A stretch of 64,000 bases of DNA from Bacteroidia bacterium (GCA_026391475.1 JAPLED010000129.1:95902-159901), one strand, 5' to 3'; shown: positions 37,622 through 49,187, counted from the stretch's first letter. Numbers and translations: made by a program. Notes: generated by a model not told the origin, from the letters alone.

Positions 37622-39787
37622 TTATTTAATTAACAGCAGCAATATCTCAAGAATTTGTTTCGCTGCTTTTGATACGGATGTCCCCGGACCAAATATTGCC
37701 GCAACACCGGCATTATAGAGATACTGGTAATCCTGTGGAGGGATTACTCCCCCTGCAATTACAAGAATATCTTCCCTGCCAAGTCTCTTTAGTTCGTTAA
37801 TAACCTGAGGGACAAGTGTTTTATGACCAGCAGCAAGACTCGATATACCCAGCACATGAACGTCGTTTTCAACTGCCTGTTTTGCAGCTTCGGCCGGTGT
37901 CTGGAAGAGAGGCCCGATATCTACATCAAAGCCAATATCGGCATATCCGGTTGAGACAACTTTTGCTCCGCGGTCATGACCATCCTGGCCCATCTTTGCA
38001 ATCATTATCCTGGGTTGACGACCCTCTTTCTCTGCAAACCGGGCAACAAGGGCCCTTGCTTCATTAAAGTCATTATCTGACTTATACCCGGATGAATAAA
38101 CACCTGATATTGTTCGTATCACTGCTTTGTACCTCCCGACTATTTTTTCACATGCATAAGATATTTCGCCCAGACTGGCGCGTTTTGCGGCAGCTTCAAC
38201 AGCCAATTCAAGAAGGTTGCCCTCGCCTGTCTGAACACATTTGGTTATTGCATCAAGTGCAATCTGACATTCTGATTCATTTCTTTCTGCGCGTAGTTTC
38301 GCGAGCCTTTTTATCTGCGATTCACGTACTGCTGAATTATCAACTTCCAGTGTTTCGAGCGGATCTTCTTTTTCGAGCCTGTATTTGTTTGTGCCAACTA
38401 TTGTCTGCATTCCGGAATCGATTTTGGCTTGTGCCCTTGCAGCAGCTTCTTCAATCCTCATCTTTGGAACACCCGATTCAACTGCTTTTGCCATTCCCCC
38501 AAGACTTTCGATCTCCATAATATGTTCCCATGCACGCTGAGCAATTTCATGTGTAAGGGTCTCAACATAATATGATCCTGCCCAGGGATCTATTGCCCTG
38601 CATATTTGTGTCTCCTCCTGAATATAAATCTGTGTATTTCTGGCAATCCGCGCTGAAAAATCGGTTGGAAGTGCCATTGCCTCATCGAGGGCATTTGTAT
38701 GAAGGCTCTGGGTATGGCCAAGTGCAGCTGCCATTGCTTCGATACATGTCCTTCCGACATTATTGTATGGATCCTGTTCGGTCAGACTCCATCCTGATGT
38801 CTGACAGTGAGCTCTGAGAGCAAGTGACCTGGGATTTTTGGGATTGAATTCACTTACAATTTTTGACCAGAGCATACGGGCTGCCCTCATCTTTGCGATC
38901 TCCATAAAATGGTTCATCCCTATAGCCCAGAAAAATGAAATCCGTGGAGCAAAAGCATCAATATCAAGTCCGGAATTGACTCCGGTCCTCAGGTATTCAA
39001 GTCCGTCAGCAAGTGTATATGCAAGTTCGATATCGCAAGTTGCCCCCGCTTCCTGCATATGATAACCCGAGATGCTTATTGAATTAAACTTCGGCATTTT
39101 TGCTGAAGTAAATTGGAAAATATCTGAAATGATCTTCATTGAGAATTCAGGTGGGTATATATATGTATTCCTGACCATGAACTCTTTAAGGATATCATTC
39201 TGGATAGTACCGTTCAGCTCATCGAGCCTTGCCCCTTGCTCGAGTGCAGCAACAATATAAAAAGCCATTATTGGCAGAACAGCACCATTCATTGTCATCG
39301 ACACAGACATCTTATTGAGAGGTATCTGGTCAAAAAGCAATTTCATATCCAGAATTGAGTCAACTGCAACTCCGGCGTTGCCGACATCTCCTGCAACCCG
39401 CTCATGGTCTGAATCATACCCCCTGTGCGTAGCAAGGTCGAAAGCAACAGACAACCCGTTCTGACCGGCTGCAAGATTTCGTCTGTAAAAGGCATTTGAT
39501 TCTTCAGCCGTTGAGAATCCTGCATATTGACGTATGGTCCATGGCAGCAGAGCATACATGCCGGAATATGGTCCCCTTAAAAACGGTGGTAAACCGGCAG
39601 CATAATTAAGATGCTCCATTCCCTCAAGATCCTCTTTCGTATAAACACTCTTTACAGGGATTCCCTCAGGTGTCACCCACTCCTTTTTCAGGTTGTTCTC
39701 CTTCTCCCATTCACGAAAATCTTTTTTTGTGATGGAAAGTGTATTCAGGTCACTATATCTGAATTTTGGTCTCATAATCTTTGCCAT
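37622..39787 (-). CDS. mutB: methylmalonyl-CoA mutase large (catalytic, B12-binding) subunit
   Basis: 721 aa. [25 protein letters not shown]-terminal B12 domain ([11 protein letters not shown]). The start may be the MRPKF Met at 39775. Confidence 0.92.
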   Translation of the reverse strand: MAKIMRPKFRYSDLNTLSITKKDFREWEKENNLKKEWVTPEGIPVKSVYTKEDLEGMEHLNYAAGLPPFLRGPYSGMYALLPWTIRQYAGFSTAEESNAFYRRNLAAGQNGLSVAFDLATHRGYDSDHERVAGDVGNAGVAVDSILDMKLLFDQIPLNKMSVSMTMNGAVLPIMAFYIVAALEQGARLDELNGTIQNDILKEFMVRNTYIYPPEFSMKIISDIFQFTSAKMPKFNSISISGYHMQEAGATCDIELAYTLADGLEYLRTGVNSGLDIDAFAPRISFFWAIGMNHFMEIAKMRAARMLWSKIVSEFNPKNPRSLALRAHCQTSGWSLTEQDPYNNVGRTCIEAMAAALGHTQSLHTNALDEAMALPTDFSARIARNTQIYIQEETQICRAIDPWAGSYYVETLTHEIAQRAWEHIMEIESLGGMAKAVESGVPKMRIEEAAARAQAKIDSGMQTIVGTNKYRLEKEDPLETLEVDNSAVRESQIKRLAKLRAERNESECQIALDAITKCVQTGEGNLLELAVEAAAKRASLGEISYACEKIVGRYKAVIRTISGVYSSGYKSDNDFNEARALVARFAEKEGRQPRIMIAKMGQDGHDRGAKVVSTGYADIGFDVDIGPLFQTPAEAAKQAVENDVHVLGISSLAAGHKTLVPQVINELKRLGREDILVIAGGVIPPQDYQYLYNAGVAAIFGPGTSVSKAAKQILEILLLLIK

Positions 39788-41075
39788 TTTTACGTTTGCC
39801 TGCCGATTCAGATAATTTTTTCCGGATAAACCCTGATTTCATGGAGGAAAGGAAACCCCCCTGATCTTCGATTTCGAGGAATAATTTCCAGGCGTTGTCT
39901 GCAATCAGGTTAGTAAGGTTTTCAATATAATATGAACCACCGGCAGGATCGGCCACCTTATCGAAATAAGATTCTTCCCTGAGTATCAGCTGCTGGTTGC
40001 GGGCAATTCTTTCGGAGAATTCGTCAGGCTTCCTGAAAGCTATGTCATAGGGTTCAACAGTAAGCGAATCGGTTCCGCCAAGGATAGCCGACATTGCTTC
40101 AGTCTGAGTTCTGAGTATATTTACATAAGGATCATACTCTGTTTTATTCCATTCACTTGTCACACAATGAATATCCATCTTAATACTTTCATTGTGCGCA
40201 GGTTGAAAGCCATTTATTACAACGGACCATAGCAGGCGGGCAGCCCTTAACTTTGCAATCTCCGGGAAATAGTTTGACCCAATCCCGAAACTGAAACGGA
40301 TCTTTGATGCTGCGATATCAGCATTTAGTCCCCTTTGGGTAAGCTGTGCCATATATTCGCTTCCCATTGAAATCCCGAATGCCAGTTCCTGAACAATATC
40401 AGCTCCGGCATTATTGAAGTGTGATGCATTAAGATGAACTGTACGAAGTTTTGGATAAGCTGATGAAGATCCGGTCAGGGAAGCCAGATAATCGAAGCCT
40501 TCTTCAACAGGAATACACAGTTTACCATTGACCATTAACCGTCCAATCGGATCGGCTTCAATCGCGCCGCATAACTTAACCGGATCCAACTCTCTTTCAG
40601 TTGTGATTTTAATGATCAGATCCAGAATCTCTTTTGCTTTCCCGTTACACAGAAAATTTATCTCAATGATTTCAATATGGATATCCTTAAGAAGAATTCT
40701 AAAATTCTTTTCGTTAACTGACTCCGGATCAGTTATTATAAAGCCAAGTGAGTCAATACCTTTCATCAGGATAGTCAAAGCCTTAAGGTTTGCCTCGGAA
40801 TAATCAGACACTTCAATATTTTGCCTGATATACCAGGTGTTATTTTTGATTTTTGCACCTCTTATGTAGGGAAATTCACCGGGCAGGGTATTGATATACA
40901 TAAGGTTTTCAATATCTTCCATCCGGTAAAAAGGCTTCACCTCAAATCCCTCATCTGTTTTCCAGACCAGTTTTTTATTAAAATCAGCTCCCTTCAGGTC
41001 AGCATGAATCTTATCCATCCACTTCTTTGTGGTTATCGGGGGAAACTGATTAAATAATTTTTCCTTTTTCACCAT
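39753..41075 (-). CDS. mutA: methylmalonyl-CoA mutase small subunit, short form (barrel domain only)
   Basis: 440 aa, homologous to the mutase TIM-barrel region. Its stop lies 35 nt inside mutB. Confidence 0.75.
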   Translation of the reverse strand: MVKKEKLFNQFPPITTKKWMDKIHADLKGADFNKKLVWKTDEGFEVKPFYRMEDIENLMYINTLPGEFPYIRGAKIKNNTWYIRQNIEVSDYSEANLKALTILMKGIDSLGFIITDPESVNEKNFRILLKDIHIEIIEINFLCNGKAKEILDLIIKITTERELDPVKLCGAIEADPIGRLMVNGKLCIPVEEGFDYLASLTGSSSAYPKLRTVHLNASHFNNAGADIVQELAFGISMGSEYMAQLTQRGLNADIAASKIRFSFGIGSNYFPEIAKLRAARLLWSVVINGFQPAHNESIKMDIHCVTSEWNKTEYDPYVNILRTQTEAMSAILGGTDSLTVEPYDIAFRKPDEFSERIARNQQLILREESYFDKVADPAGGSYYIENLTNLIADNAWKLFLEIEDQGGFLSSMKSGFIRKKLSESAGKRKNGKDYETKIQI

Positions 41076-41171
41076 TAAATTTTACCCGTTGTAATTATTG
41101 ATACAAATTAAATGATTTGCTGGTTATGTTTTATGAAATTTATCATATTCAGATGTTAGTAGAATGCAAGA

Positions 41172-42261
41172 CTATTTCCCGGCAAACTCCATCAGATATG
41201 ATTTTATGAATGGATTCAGATCACCATCAAGAACGGCCTGAACATTTCCGGTCTCGTGGTTTGTCCGGAGATCCTTTATCATTTTGTATGGATGAAGCAC
41301 ATAGGATCTTATCTGCGAGCCCCATTCAATCTTTTTCTTCTCGCCTTCAATTATTGCTTGTGCTTCCCTCTGCTTTCTCAGTTCGAGTTCATACAACTGT
41401 GATTTAAGTATCCTCAACGCATTCTCTTTATTATTGAGCTGCGACCGTGTTTCCTGATTTTCAATAACAAGTCCTGAAGGATGATGCCGTAACCTGACTG
41501 CTGTCTCGACCTTATTAACATTTTGCCCCCCTGCACCGCTTGACCGGAAAGTGTCCCATGAAATATCTGCCGGGTTTATTTCAATTTCGATATTGTTATC
41601 AACGAGAGGGGATATAAAGACCGAGGCAAAAGTTGTCTGGCGTTTTCCCTGTGCATTGAAGGGGGAGATCCTTACAAGCCGGTGAACACCATTTTCACTT
41701 TTCAGATAACCATAGGCTCGTTCCCCTGTTATCTCTATAGTCACCGATTTAATGCCAACCTCATCTCCGGGCTGATAATCAAGTTCTTTAACTTTATAAT
41801 TGTTTCTTTCTGCCCACCGGAGATACATCCTCATAAGCATTGCTGCCCAATCGTTGCTTTCAGTGCCACCGGCACCCGAGTTAATTTTCAATATTGCACC
41901 AAGTTGGTCTTCCTCTTTCTGCAACATATTACGGACTTCCAGATCCTCGATCATCGATAAACAATTATTATATTGATTATCAACATCTTCTTCAGTTGCT
42001 TCCCCCTCTTTTAAAAAATCATTCAGAACAACCAGGTCGTCAATTGCGGTATTTATTTTTTCAAAATCTGTTGTCCAGCTTTTTATTTGTGAAATGCCTT
42101 TAAGGAGTTCCTCGGCTTTTTTTGGATCGTTCCATAAGCCCGGCTGTTGTGATATATTCTCCTTTTCCGCAATAAGTTCTAACTTGCCTTGAATGTCAAA
42201 GATACCTCCTTAACGCATCGCGGCGTCCCGATAAACCCTTTATCTGTTCGTTAGTTATCAT
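41172..42261 (-). CDS. prfB: peptide chain release factor 2 (programmed +1 frameshift; two additional frame breaks in this sequence)
   Basis: Main ORF contains SGAGGQNVNKVETAVR (GGQ). The N-terminus MITNEQI / KGLSGRRDALRRYL / DIQGKL / ELIAEKEN... is spread over separate frames. Confidence 0.85.
42196..42211 (-). promoter_or_regulatory. canonical RF2 +1 programmed frameshift site
   Basis: Minus strand reads AGGAGG TAT CTT TGA C: SD-like stimulator, slippery CUU, in-frame UGA followed by C. Confidence 0.85.
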
Positions 42262-42280
42262 TTAGTCAGTTTAATTTATG

Positions 42281-42288
42281 CAAATTTA
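42281..42288 (-). promoter_or_regulatory. TAnnTTTG -7 box upstream of prfB
   Basis: Plus strand caaattta = minus strand taaatttg, 20 nt upstream of the ATG at 42261. Confidence 0.45.
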
Positions 42289-42414
42289 AACTTTTATATC
42301 AGACTTATCTGTAACGATTCATCATGAGATATTTTTATCTGACAGATATCAAACAGGACTGGAATCATTTACCAATGAAAATATTCTATATTTATTGCCC
42401 GAAAGAATCTGACT

Positions 42415-43014
42415 ATGCTCAAATCATTCCTGTATCACAATCTTACTGAAGCCGGCTGTGATGAAGCAGGAAGGGGATGCCTTGCAGGACCTGTAGTAGC
42501 TGCAGCGGTTATACTTCCAAAGAATTTTAAACATCCTGTACTTAACGATTCAAAAAAACTTACACCAAAACAAAGAGCTCTTTTGAAGGATGAGATCATA
42601 AATTCAGCTATTGCATGGAAGGTGGCATTCGTTGATAATAATGAAATTGATGAAATGAATATACTCAGAGCTTCAATAAAAGCGATGCACATCGCTATTG
42701 AAGCTCTGGAAACAGAACCACAGTTTCTGCTTATCGACGGGAATAGATTCTACCCATATAAAACCATTAAACATAAGACAATTATCAAGGGCGACGGAAT
42801 ATTTTTCTCAATAGCTGCAGCTTCAGTTCTGGCAAAAACATTCCGCGATGAGTTCATGGAAAAAATTCATAATGAGTTTCCTGAATATGGATGGAATAAG
42901 AATAAAGGATATCCAACCTCCTTCCACAGAGCGGCAATATTAAAACATGGAATTACTCCCTACCACAGAAAATTTTTCAATCTTTTCGATACCCAGATGA
43001 AATTTGAATTTTGA
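42415..43014 (+). CDS. rnhB: ribonuclease HII
   Basis: 199 aa. AGCDEAGRGCLAGPVV motif. Confidence 0.9.
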   Translation: MLKSFLYHNLTEAGCDEAGRGCLAGPVVAAAVILPKNFKHPVLNDSKKLTPKQRALLKDEIINSAIAWKVAFVDNNEIDEMNILRASIKAMHIAIEALETEPQFLLIDGNRFYPYKTIKHKTIIKGDGIFFSIAAASVLAKTFRDEFMEKIHNEFPEYGWNKNKGYPTSFHRAAILKHGITPYHRKFFNLFDTQMKFEF

Positions 43015-43039
43015 ATATTTCATTCTGAATTATTACAGT

Positions 43040-43047
43040 TATCTTTG
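43040..43047 (+). promoter_or_regulatory. TAnnTTTG -7 box upstream of the S46 peptidase gene
   Basis: tatctttg. Confidence 0.45.
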
Positions 43048-43086
43048 CCCGATAATTTAAAATTCATCTAAAATAAGTTCTATAGC

Positions 43087-45237
43087 ATGAAAAAATTGTT
43101 TGCGATTTTAGTAATCCTTGTTCTCAGTTTTGGATTTAAAGCAAAAGCTGATGAGGGTATGTGGCTTCTGCCGCTTATCGAGAAATTAAATATGGGCAAA
43201 ATGACAGAACTGGGTCTGAAGCTCTCTGCTGAAGATATCTACAGTCTTAATAAAGCCAGTATTAAAGACGCTATTGTGATTTTCGGAGGCGGATGCACCG
43301 GTGAGATCGTTTCTTCACAAGGACTAATCCTCACAAATCACCATTGCGGATATGGCTCCATCCAGGCTCATAGCTCTGTTGAGCATGATTACCTCCGTGA
43401 TGGATTCTGGGCAATGTCGAAGGAAGAGGAGTTAACAAACCCAAACCTTTCAGTTACATTTCTTATCAGAATTGAAGAGGTAACCGATCAGATTCTTGCA
43501 AATGTAAAACAGGGCATGAGCGAAACTGAACGCAGTACAGCAATAAATGAAGCAAGACAGATTATAGAGAAAAAGACCGTTGAAGGAAATAATTACAGAG
43601 CCTCCGTCGGAAGTTTTTACGGAGGAAATTATTTTTATCTTCTTGTTTATGAGAGATATAATGATGTCCGCTTAGTTGGAGCTCCTCCATCATCAATAGG
43701 TAAATTCGGTTCTGATACCGACAACTGGGAATGGCCACGCCATACCGGCGACTTCAGTGTATTCCGTGTTTACTCCGGACCAGATGGAAAACCTGCACCA
43801 TATTCAAAAGAAAATATTCCTTTGAAACCCAAATATTATCTGCCTGTTTCAATAAAAGATCTGAATAAAGGCGACTTTGCCATGATCCTCGGATATCCCG
43901 GAAGGACTAACAGATATATGACCTCTTTTGAAATAAATGAACAACTTCAGATCTTACATCCCGACAGAATTAAAATCCGTGGTATTAAGCAGGATATATG
44001 GATGAAAGACATGCAGGCTGACCAGAAGGTAAATATTCAGTATTCGAATAAATACTTTACTTCTTCAAACTACTGGAAATACTCTATTGGTCAGAAAGCC
44101 GGTCTTGAAAGACTTAATGTAAAAGCAAAGAAAGAGGAGATTGAAAACCAGTTTAACAAGTGGGTTGTTGACAATCCCGATCGTAATGCAAAATACGGAG
44201 AAGCCCTTAATATGATCAAAACAGCAACTGAAGGCAGAGCCGAATATTACAATGCACTGCAATACCTGAACGAATGCATTCAGGGGTGCGAACTGTTTAC
44301 AATGAATCAGGGTGTTGCTGCACTGATCACTGCACTCAAATCAGGAGATAAGCAAAAAACAGATGAAGCTGTTGCCCAGATTAAGAATAACGCCAGCAGG
44401 TTTTATAAGGACTATAATCCTCCCACAGACAATAAATCAATGAAAGCTATGCTGAAGCTTTACAGAGCTGACGTATCTGCTAAATTCCATCCCGATTTTT
44501 ATGTTAATGTAGTTGATAAAAAATTTAAAGGGAACATTGACAAATTTGTTGATGATATGTTTAAAAGATCAGTATTTGCCAGTGAGGAGAAACTGAATGC
44601 ATTCCTCAATAAGCCTGTACTTAAAACACTTGAAACCGATCCGGTTTACCTTACATCTACTTCAATTTATAAGGTTGGAGCAGAAGTGTCAAAAGGATCG
44701 AGTCAGTTTGATGCAGGACTGACAACGGGAAAGAGACTATGGATTGCCGCTTTAATGGAGATGGCACCTGAGAAAACCCGGTATCCTGATGCAAACTCGA
44801 CAATGCGTCTTTCTTATGGAACAGTACAGGATTATGATCCAAGAGATGCTGTTACCTATAAATATTACACTACTCTTCAGGGTGTTGTAGATAAATATAA
44901 ACCAGGCGATTATGAATTCGATCTGCCGAAGCGACTTATTGATCTGAATAATAAGAAAGATTATGGAAGATATGGGTCTTCAAAAGGTTACATGCCGGTA
45001 TGCTTCCTCACTACAAATGATATTACAGGCGGTAATTCAGGCAGCCCTGTAATGAATGGTAACGGCGAATTGATCGGATTGGCATTTGATGGGAACTGGG
45101 AATCTATGAGTGGCGACATTGCCTATGAGCCTGAACTACAGAGAACAATCGTTGTCGATATTCGCTGTGTACTCTGGGTAATGGATGTTTATGCAGGAGC
45201 AAAACATCTTGTTGATGAAATGACTATCGTTCAGTAA
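43087..45237 (+). CDS. S46 family dipeptidyl-peptidase (DPP7/DPP11-like)
   Basis: 716 aa. Signal peptide, then ADEGMWL. HHCGY histidine region. Serine motif TGGNSGSPV. Confidence 0.88.
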   Translation: MKKLFAILVILVLSFGFKAKADEGMWLLPLIEKLNMGKMTELGLKLSAEDIYSLNKASIKDAIVIFGGGCTGEIVSSQGLILTNHHCGYGSIQAHSSVEHDYLRDGFWAMSKEEELTNPNLSVTFLIRIEEVTDQILANVKQGMSETERSTAINEARQIIEKKTVEGNNYRASVGSFYGGNYFYLLVYERYNDVRLVGAPPSSIGKFGSDTDNWEWPRHTGDFSVFRVYSGPDGKPAPYSKENIPLKPKYYLPVSIKDLNKGDFAMILGYPGRTNRYMTSFEINEQLQILHPDRIKIRGIKQDIWMKDMQADQKVNIQYSNKYFTSSNYWKYSIGQKAGLERLNVKAKKEEIENQFNKWVVDNPDRNAKYGEALNMIKTATEGRAEYYNALQYLNECIQGCELFTMNQGVAALITALKSGDKQKTDEAVAQIKNNASRFYKDYNPPTDNKSMKAMLKLYRADVSAKFHPDFYVNVVDKKFKGNIDKFVDDMFKRSVFASEEKLNAFLNKPVLKTLETDPVYLTSTSIYKVGAEVSKGSSQFDAGLTTGKRLWIAALMEMAPEKTRYPDANSTMRLSYGTVQDYDPRDAVTYKYYTTLQGVVDKYKPGDYEFDLPKRLIDLNNKKDYGRYGSSKGYMPVCFLTTNDITGGNSGSPVMNGNGELIGLAFDGNWESMSGDIAYEPELQRTIVVDIRCVLWVMDVYAGAKHLVDEMTIVQ

Positions 45238-45247
45238 ATTTAGATTT

Positions 45248-45832
45248 ATGCATTTAAGTTTAATAGAGATTCTGGCAGCTTTTATGGTACTGTTTGCCAT
45301 AATTGATATACCAGGATCAATCCCGATCATCATAGATATAAAAGCTAAATCCGGTATTATTCATTCCGGGAAGGTAACTCTTGTTTCTTTATTAATATTG
45401 CTGGCATTCTTGTTTATCGGTAGTCCTTTGCTTGGTGTTTTTGGTATTGATGTTTCATCCTTTGCCATCGCGGGCTCCTTTATCATTTTTCTGATAGCAA
45501 TGGAAATGATCCTGGGTATCGAACTCTTTAAACAGGATTCACACGGAGTAGGATCTGTATTCCCGATAGCATTCCCCCTAATTGCAGGTGCAGGATCAAT
45601 TACAACCGTTCTTTCGCTTAAAGCTGAATACCAAACAATTAATATTTTTATTGCCCTTATTCTCAATATGATAGTCGTTTATTTTGTATTGCGGTTAACT
45701 ACTTTGTTTGAAAAGATTCTCGGGCAGGGAGGTTTGCAAATCCTTAAAAAAATATTTGGTGTAATTCTTTTGTCAATTGCAATAAAACTCTTTCTCACCA
45801 ACACCGGTATAGTCCTGCCTCATGCCAAGTGA
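45248..45832 (+). CDS. MarC family (UPF0056) integral membrane protein
   Basis: 194 aa, six predicted TM helices. Confidence 0.7.
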   Translation: MHLSLIEILAAFMVLFAIIDIPGSIPIIIDIKAKSGIIHSGKVTLVSLLILLAFLFIGSPLLGVFGIDVSSFAIAGSFIIFLIAMEMILGIELFKQDSHGVGSVFPIAFPLIAGAGSITTVLSLKAEYQTINIFIALILNMIVVYFVLRLTTLFEKILGQGGLQILKKIFGVILLSIAIKLFLTNTGIVLPHAK

Positions 45833-46301
45833 AATCACAATATATACCGATGGAGCTTCAGGTGGAAATCCCGGCCCGGGAGGATATGGTGTAGTTCTTA
45901 TTTCGGGGAAACACCGGCTTGAAAAATCTGAGGGTTTCAGACTTACAACTAATAACAGGATGGAACTTATGGCTGTCATTGCTGGCCTGGAGGCTTTGAA
46001 AATACCAGGCAGCAGAGTAGTTGTTTATACCGACTCAAAATATGTAGCAGATTCCGTCGAAAAAGGGTGGGTATTCCAATGGGAATCAAAAGCTTTTAAA
46101 AAGAAACAAAACCCTGACCTCTGGATCAGATTTCTTAAAATATACAGGAAACACAAAGTCAGGTTTGTCTGGATAAAAGGACACGCCAATAATACTGAAA
46201 ATGAAATATGCGACCGGCTGGCAGTAGATGCTTATTCAAGGAGCGAACTCCTTGAAGACACCGGTTATTCTCCTGTAGAAGAGAACAATATATTACTTTG
46301 A
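45822..46301 (+). CDS. rnhA: ribonuclease HI
   Basis: 159 aa. YTDGASGGNPGPGGYG. Overlaps the MarC gene by 11 nt. Confidence 0.9.
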   Translation: MPSEITIYTDGASGGNPGPGGYGVVLISGKHRLEKSEGFRLTTNNRMELMAVIAGLEALKIPGSRVVVYTDSKYVADSVEKGWVFQWESKAFKKKQNPDLWIRFLKIYRKHKVRFVWIKGHANNTENEICDRLAVDAYSRSELLEDTGYSPVEENNILL

Positions 46302-46486
46302 AATTCAGGATTACTCAAAAAACATGTAATATCCTCGAATTTATCAGGCTCTACGAATAGGGGATCAGCCCGGATAAGGGTCTTTTAATTTGTTCCTGTT
46401 TATATTCACTATTTTGAAATAATAAAAATAGATGGGGTTTGCATCAAATTCATTTCTTATTCGTCATTATCCGGAAACCATTTAAA

Positions 46487-49135
46487 ATGAAACCTAACAT
46501 GAGAATCTTTTTTATTTCCGGTTTGATGATTTTTTTATTCCTGCCATCTGTTTTTGGACAGACACCTGACAAGAAACAATATAAGGCAACCCGGATATCC
46601 ACTGCTCCTGTCATTAACGGAATTCTCGATGAGGAGGTATGGCAAACCGGTGAGTGGATTGATGATTTTACTCAATTTGAGCCATATAACGGGAAAAAAC
46701 CATCGCAAAGAACCGAATTCAAAATTCTCTTTGATGATGATAATATCTATGCCGCTTTCAAGGCCTTTGACACAAGTCCCGACAGTATTGTAAACCGATT
46801 AACCAGACGTGACAATCCCGATGGTGACCTTGTTGGAATAATCCTCGACAGTTTCCATGACCTGCGAACAGGTTTTCTCTTTGGTATAAGCTCAAGCGGG
46901 GTCAAGTACGACCTGATGTACACAAACGATGGACAAAATGAGGATTCATCATGGGATCCAAACTGGTGGGTGAAAACTTCTATTAATGATGAAGGATGGG
47001 TCGCTGAGATGAAGATCCCGTTCAGTCAGGTCAGATTTGAAAAAAATTCCGGAGATACATGGGGTCTGGAGGTAGCAAGGGTTTTGTACCGGAAGAATGA
47101 AACAAGCTTCTGGCAACATATTCCAAAAGATGCTCCCGGAATAGTTCACCTTTTTGGTGAATTGTCAGGACTCGAACAAATAAAACCCAGAAAGATTTTT
47201 GATATAACCCCCTATGGCGTTGCAAAAGCTGAAACCTTTAAAGCAGTACCTGAAAATCCATTCCTGTCAAAGGGAAAATTGTCAGGATTAAATGGTGGTA
47301 TAGATGCCAAGATAGGAGTCACAAATAATATGACAATGGACCTGACAATTAATCCCGACTTCGGGCAGGTGGAGGCAGACCCTTCGGAAGTAAACCTATC
47401 GGCGTACGAAACTTTCTTCAGCGAAAAGCGTCCCTTTTTTATTGAAGGTAACAATATCACAAACTTTGGCTTAGGCATTGGTGATGGAGGTGTTGGTAAC
47501 GATAATCTATTCTACTCCCGAAGGATAGGTCGCCAGCCACATGGATATCCCGACCTTAAAGACGGATGGAGTGCTGATATTCCAACCAACACAACTATAC
47601 TGGGAGCAGCCAAACTTACCGGAAAGACTAAAAACGGACTTTCACTAGGTTTCGTCGAAGCTATGACTGCTGAAGAAAAGGCTGAAATCGATACACTGGG
47701 CGGAAGAAAATACGAGACAGTTGAGCCACTTACAAATTACCTTGTAGGCCGTGTGCAGAAAGACATTAACGCCGGCAATACTATCATTGGCGGGATTTTT
47801 ACCAGCACAAACAGAGATCTTGATGCTAATCTGAGTGACTTTATGCATAAGGCAGCCTATACAGGAGGAGCTGATTTTACGCAATACTTCAAAGAGAAAA
47901 ACTGGATGTTTAACCTCAATGCAGCTTTTAGTGTTGTTGAAGGTTCTAAAAAAGCATTGGAAAATACACAGAGATCTTCTGCACGTTACTTCCAGCGACC
48001 TGATAACGACTACACTGTTCTGGATACAAGCCGGACCTCACTTGCCGGATCAGGTGGAAGGATGCAGATAATGAAACTAAACGGACACTGGAATTTCATG
48101 AGTGCTACTATCTGGAAAACACCAGGCTTTGAAACAAATGACCTTGGCTATATCCGTGAAGCAGATCAGATTTTATCTGTCCTTTGGGCAGGATACAATC
48201 AATGGGAACCTAAATGGATTTACAGAAGTTATAATATCAATGCAGATTTTTATGCCGTCAATAATTTTGGTGGTGACTGGGTAGGCGAAGGATTTGAATG
48301 GAATGCCAACATGGGGCTGAAAAATTACTGGAATGTATGGACCGGAGGAAACATAAGCAGCTCATCACTTTCCACAGGAATGCTTCGCGGCGGCCCGATG
48401 ATGAAATTACCTGGAAGTACGAATGCACGTATCGGCTTCTCGACAGATAATCGTAAAAAACTGGTCTTTGATGTTTATTTAAATGGATCAAAAGGCAATG
48501 AAAAAGATTCAAGGGATCTGAACACCGAAATCGGCATAACTTATAAACCAATCAATTATCTTGTGCTTACTATCAGTCCGGGTTTCAGCAAGTCATTCTC
48601 CGAACTTCAGTATGTATCCCAAATTAATTATAATGGCAAGGAGAAGTACATTTTTGCCAGCATCAACAGGAAAACCATTAGCACATCATTCAGGGTAAAT
48701 CTGAACCTGAGCCCGAATCTTACATTCCAGTACTGGGGACAACCATTTGTTGCAACCGGAAAGTACTATGATCATAAATTCATATTTGAGCCGATGGCAG
48801 ATAAATACAATGATCGTTTCTGGACATATTCCCAAAGACAGATCAGCCTCGATGGAAATAATTATAATGTTGATGAAAATACTGATGGAACAACTGACTA
48901 CAGCTTTGGAAAGAGAGATTTTAATGTACAGGAGTTTCTTTCTAACCTTGTTGTAAGGTGGGAATACAACCCGGGGTCATCAGTCTATCTTGTCTGGAGC
49001 CAGACAAGGAGCAGTTCAAACGCTTCCGGAAATCTTGATCTTTTCAACGACCTGGGCGATCTCTTTGATACAGGCGATAATAAACCTCATAATGTTTTTC
49101 TTATTAAGTTCAGCTACCGGTTTGGTTTAAAATGA
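46487..49135 (+). CDS. CBM9-like / DUF5916 family outer-membrane-associated protein
   Basis: Start set at MKPNMRIFFISGLMIFLFLPSVFG (signal peptide). N-terminal carbohydrate-binding-like domain, large beta-rich C-terminus ending FSYRFGLK. Confidence 0.6.
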   Translation: MKPNMRIFFISGLMIFLFLPSVFGQTPDKKQYKATRISTAPVINGILDEEVWQTGEWIDDFTQFEPYNGKKPSQRTEFKILFDDDNIYAAFKAFDTSPDSIVNRLTRRDNPDGDLVGIILDSFHDLRTGFLFGISSSGVKYDLMYTNDGQNEDSSWDPNWWVKTSINDEGWVAEMKIPFSQVRFEKNSGDTWGLEVARVLYRKNETSFWQHIPKDAPGIVHLFGELSGLEQIKPRKIFDITPYGVAKAETFKAVPENPFLSKGKLSGLNGGIDAKIGVTNNMTMDLTINPDFGQVEADPSEVNLSAYETFFSEKRPFFIEGNNITNFGLGIGDGGVGNDNLFYSRRIGRQPHGYPDLKDGWSADIPTNTTILGAAKLTGKTKNGLSLGFVEAMTAEEKAEIDTLGGRKYETVEPLTNYLVGRVQKDINAGNTIIGGIFTSTNRDLDANLSDFMHKAAYTGGADFTQYFKEKNWMFNLNAAFSVVEGSKKALENTQRSSARYFQRPDNDYTVLDTSRTSLAGSGGRMQIMKLNGHWNFMSATIWKTPGFETNDLGYIREADQILSVLWAGYNQWEPKWIYRSYNINADFYAVNNFGGDWVGEGFEWNANMGLKNYWNVWTGGNISSSSLSTGMLRGGPMMKLPGSTNARIGFSTDNRKKLVFDVYLNGSKGNEKDSRDLNTEIGITYKPINYLVLTISPGFSKSFSELQYVSQINYNGKEKYIFASINRKTISTSFRVNLNLSPNLTFQYWGQPFVATGKYYDHKFIFEPMADKYNDRFWTYSQRQISLDGNNYNVDENTDGTTDYSFGKRDFNVQEFLSNLVVRWEYNPGSSVYLVWSQTRSSSNASGNLDLFNDLGDLFDTGDNKPHNVFLIKFSYRFGLK

Positions 49136-49187
49136 TTTTGCTTTCCTTTGAGCAACTATTATTTTAATCCTTATTAAATCAATTAAT

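Noticed and set aside
41172-42261. Idea that prfB decay reflects UGA reassignment (as in lineages that have lost RF2)
   Set aside because: TGA terminates several well-supported genes here (the aminotransferase, rimM, ribD, prmC and recX), and no long ORF requires read-through of an in-frame TGA.
42415-46301. rnhB and rnhA flanking the S46 peptidase and MarC genes as a possible functional cluster
   Set aside because: All four are common housekeeping genes with separate promoter boxes or simple overlaps. No shared pathway logic is apparent, so this is probably incidental.
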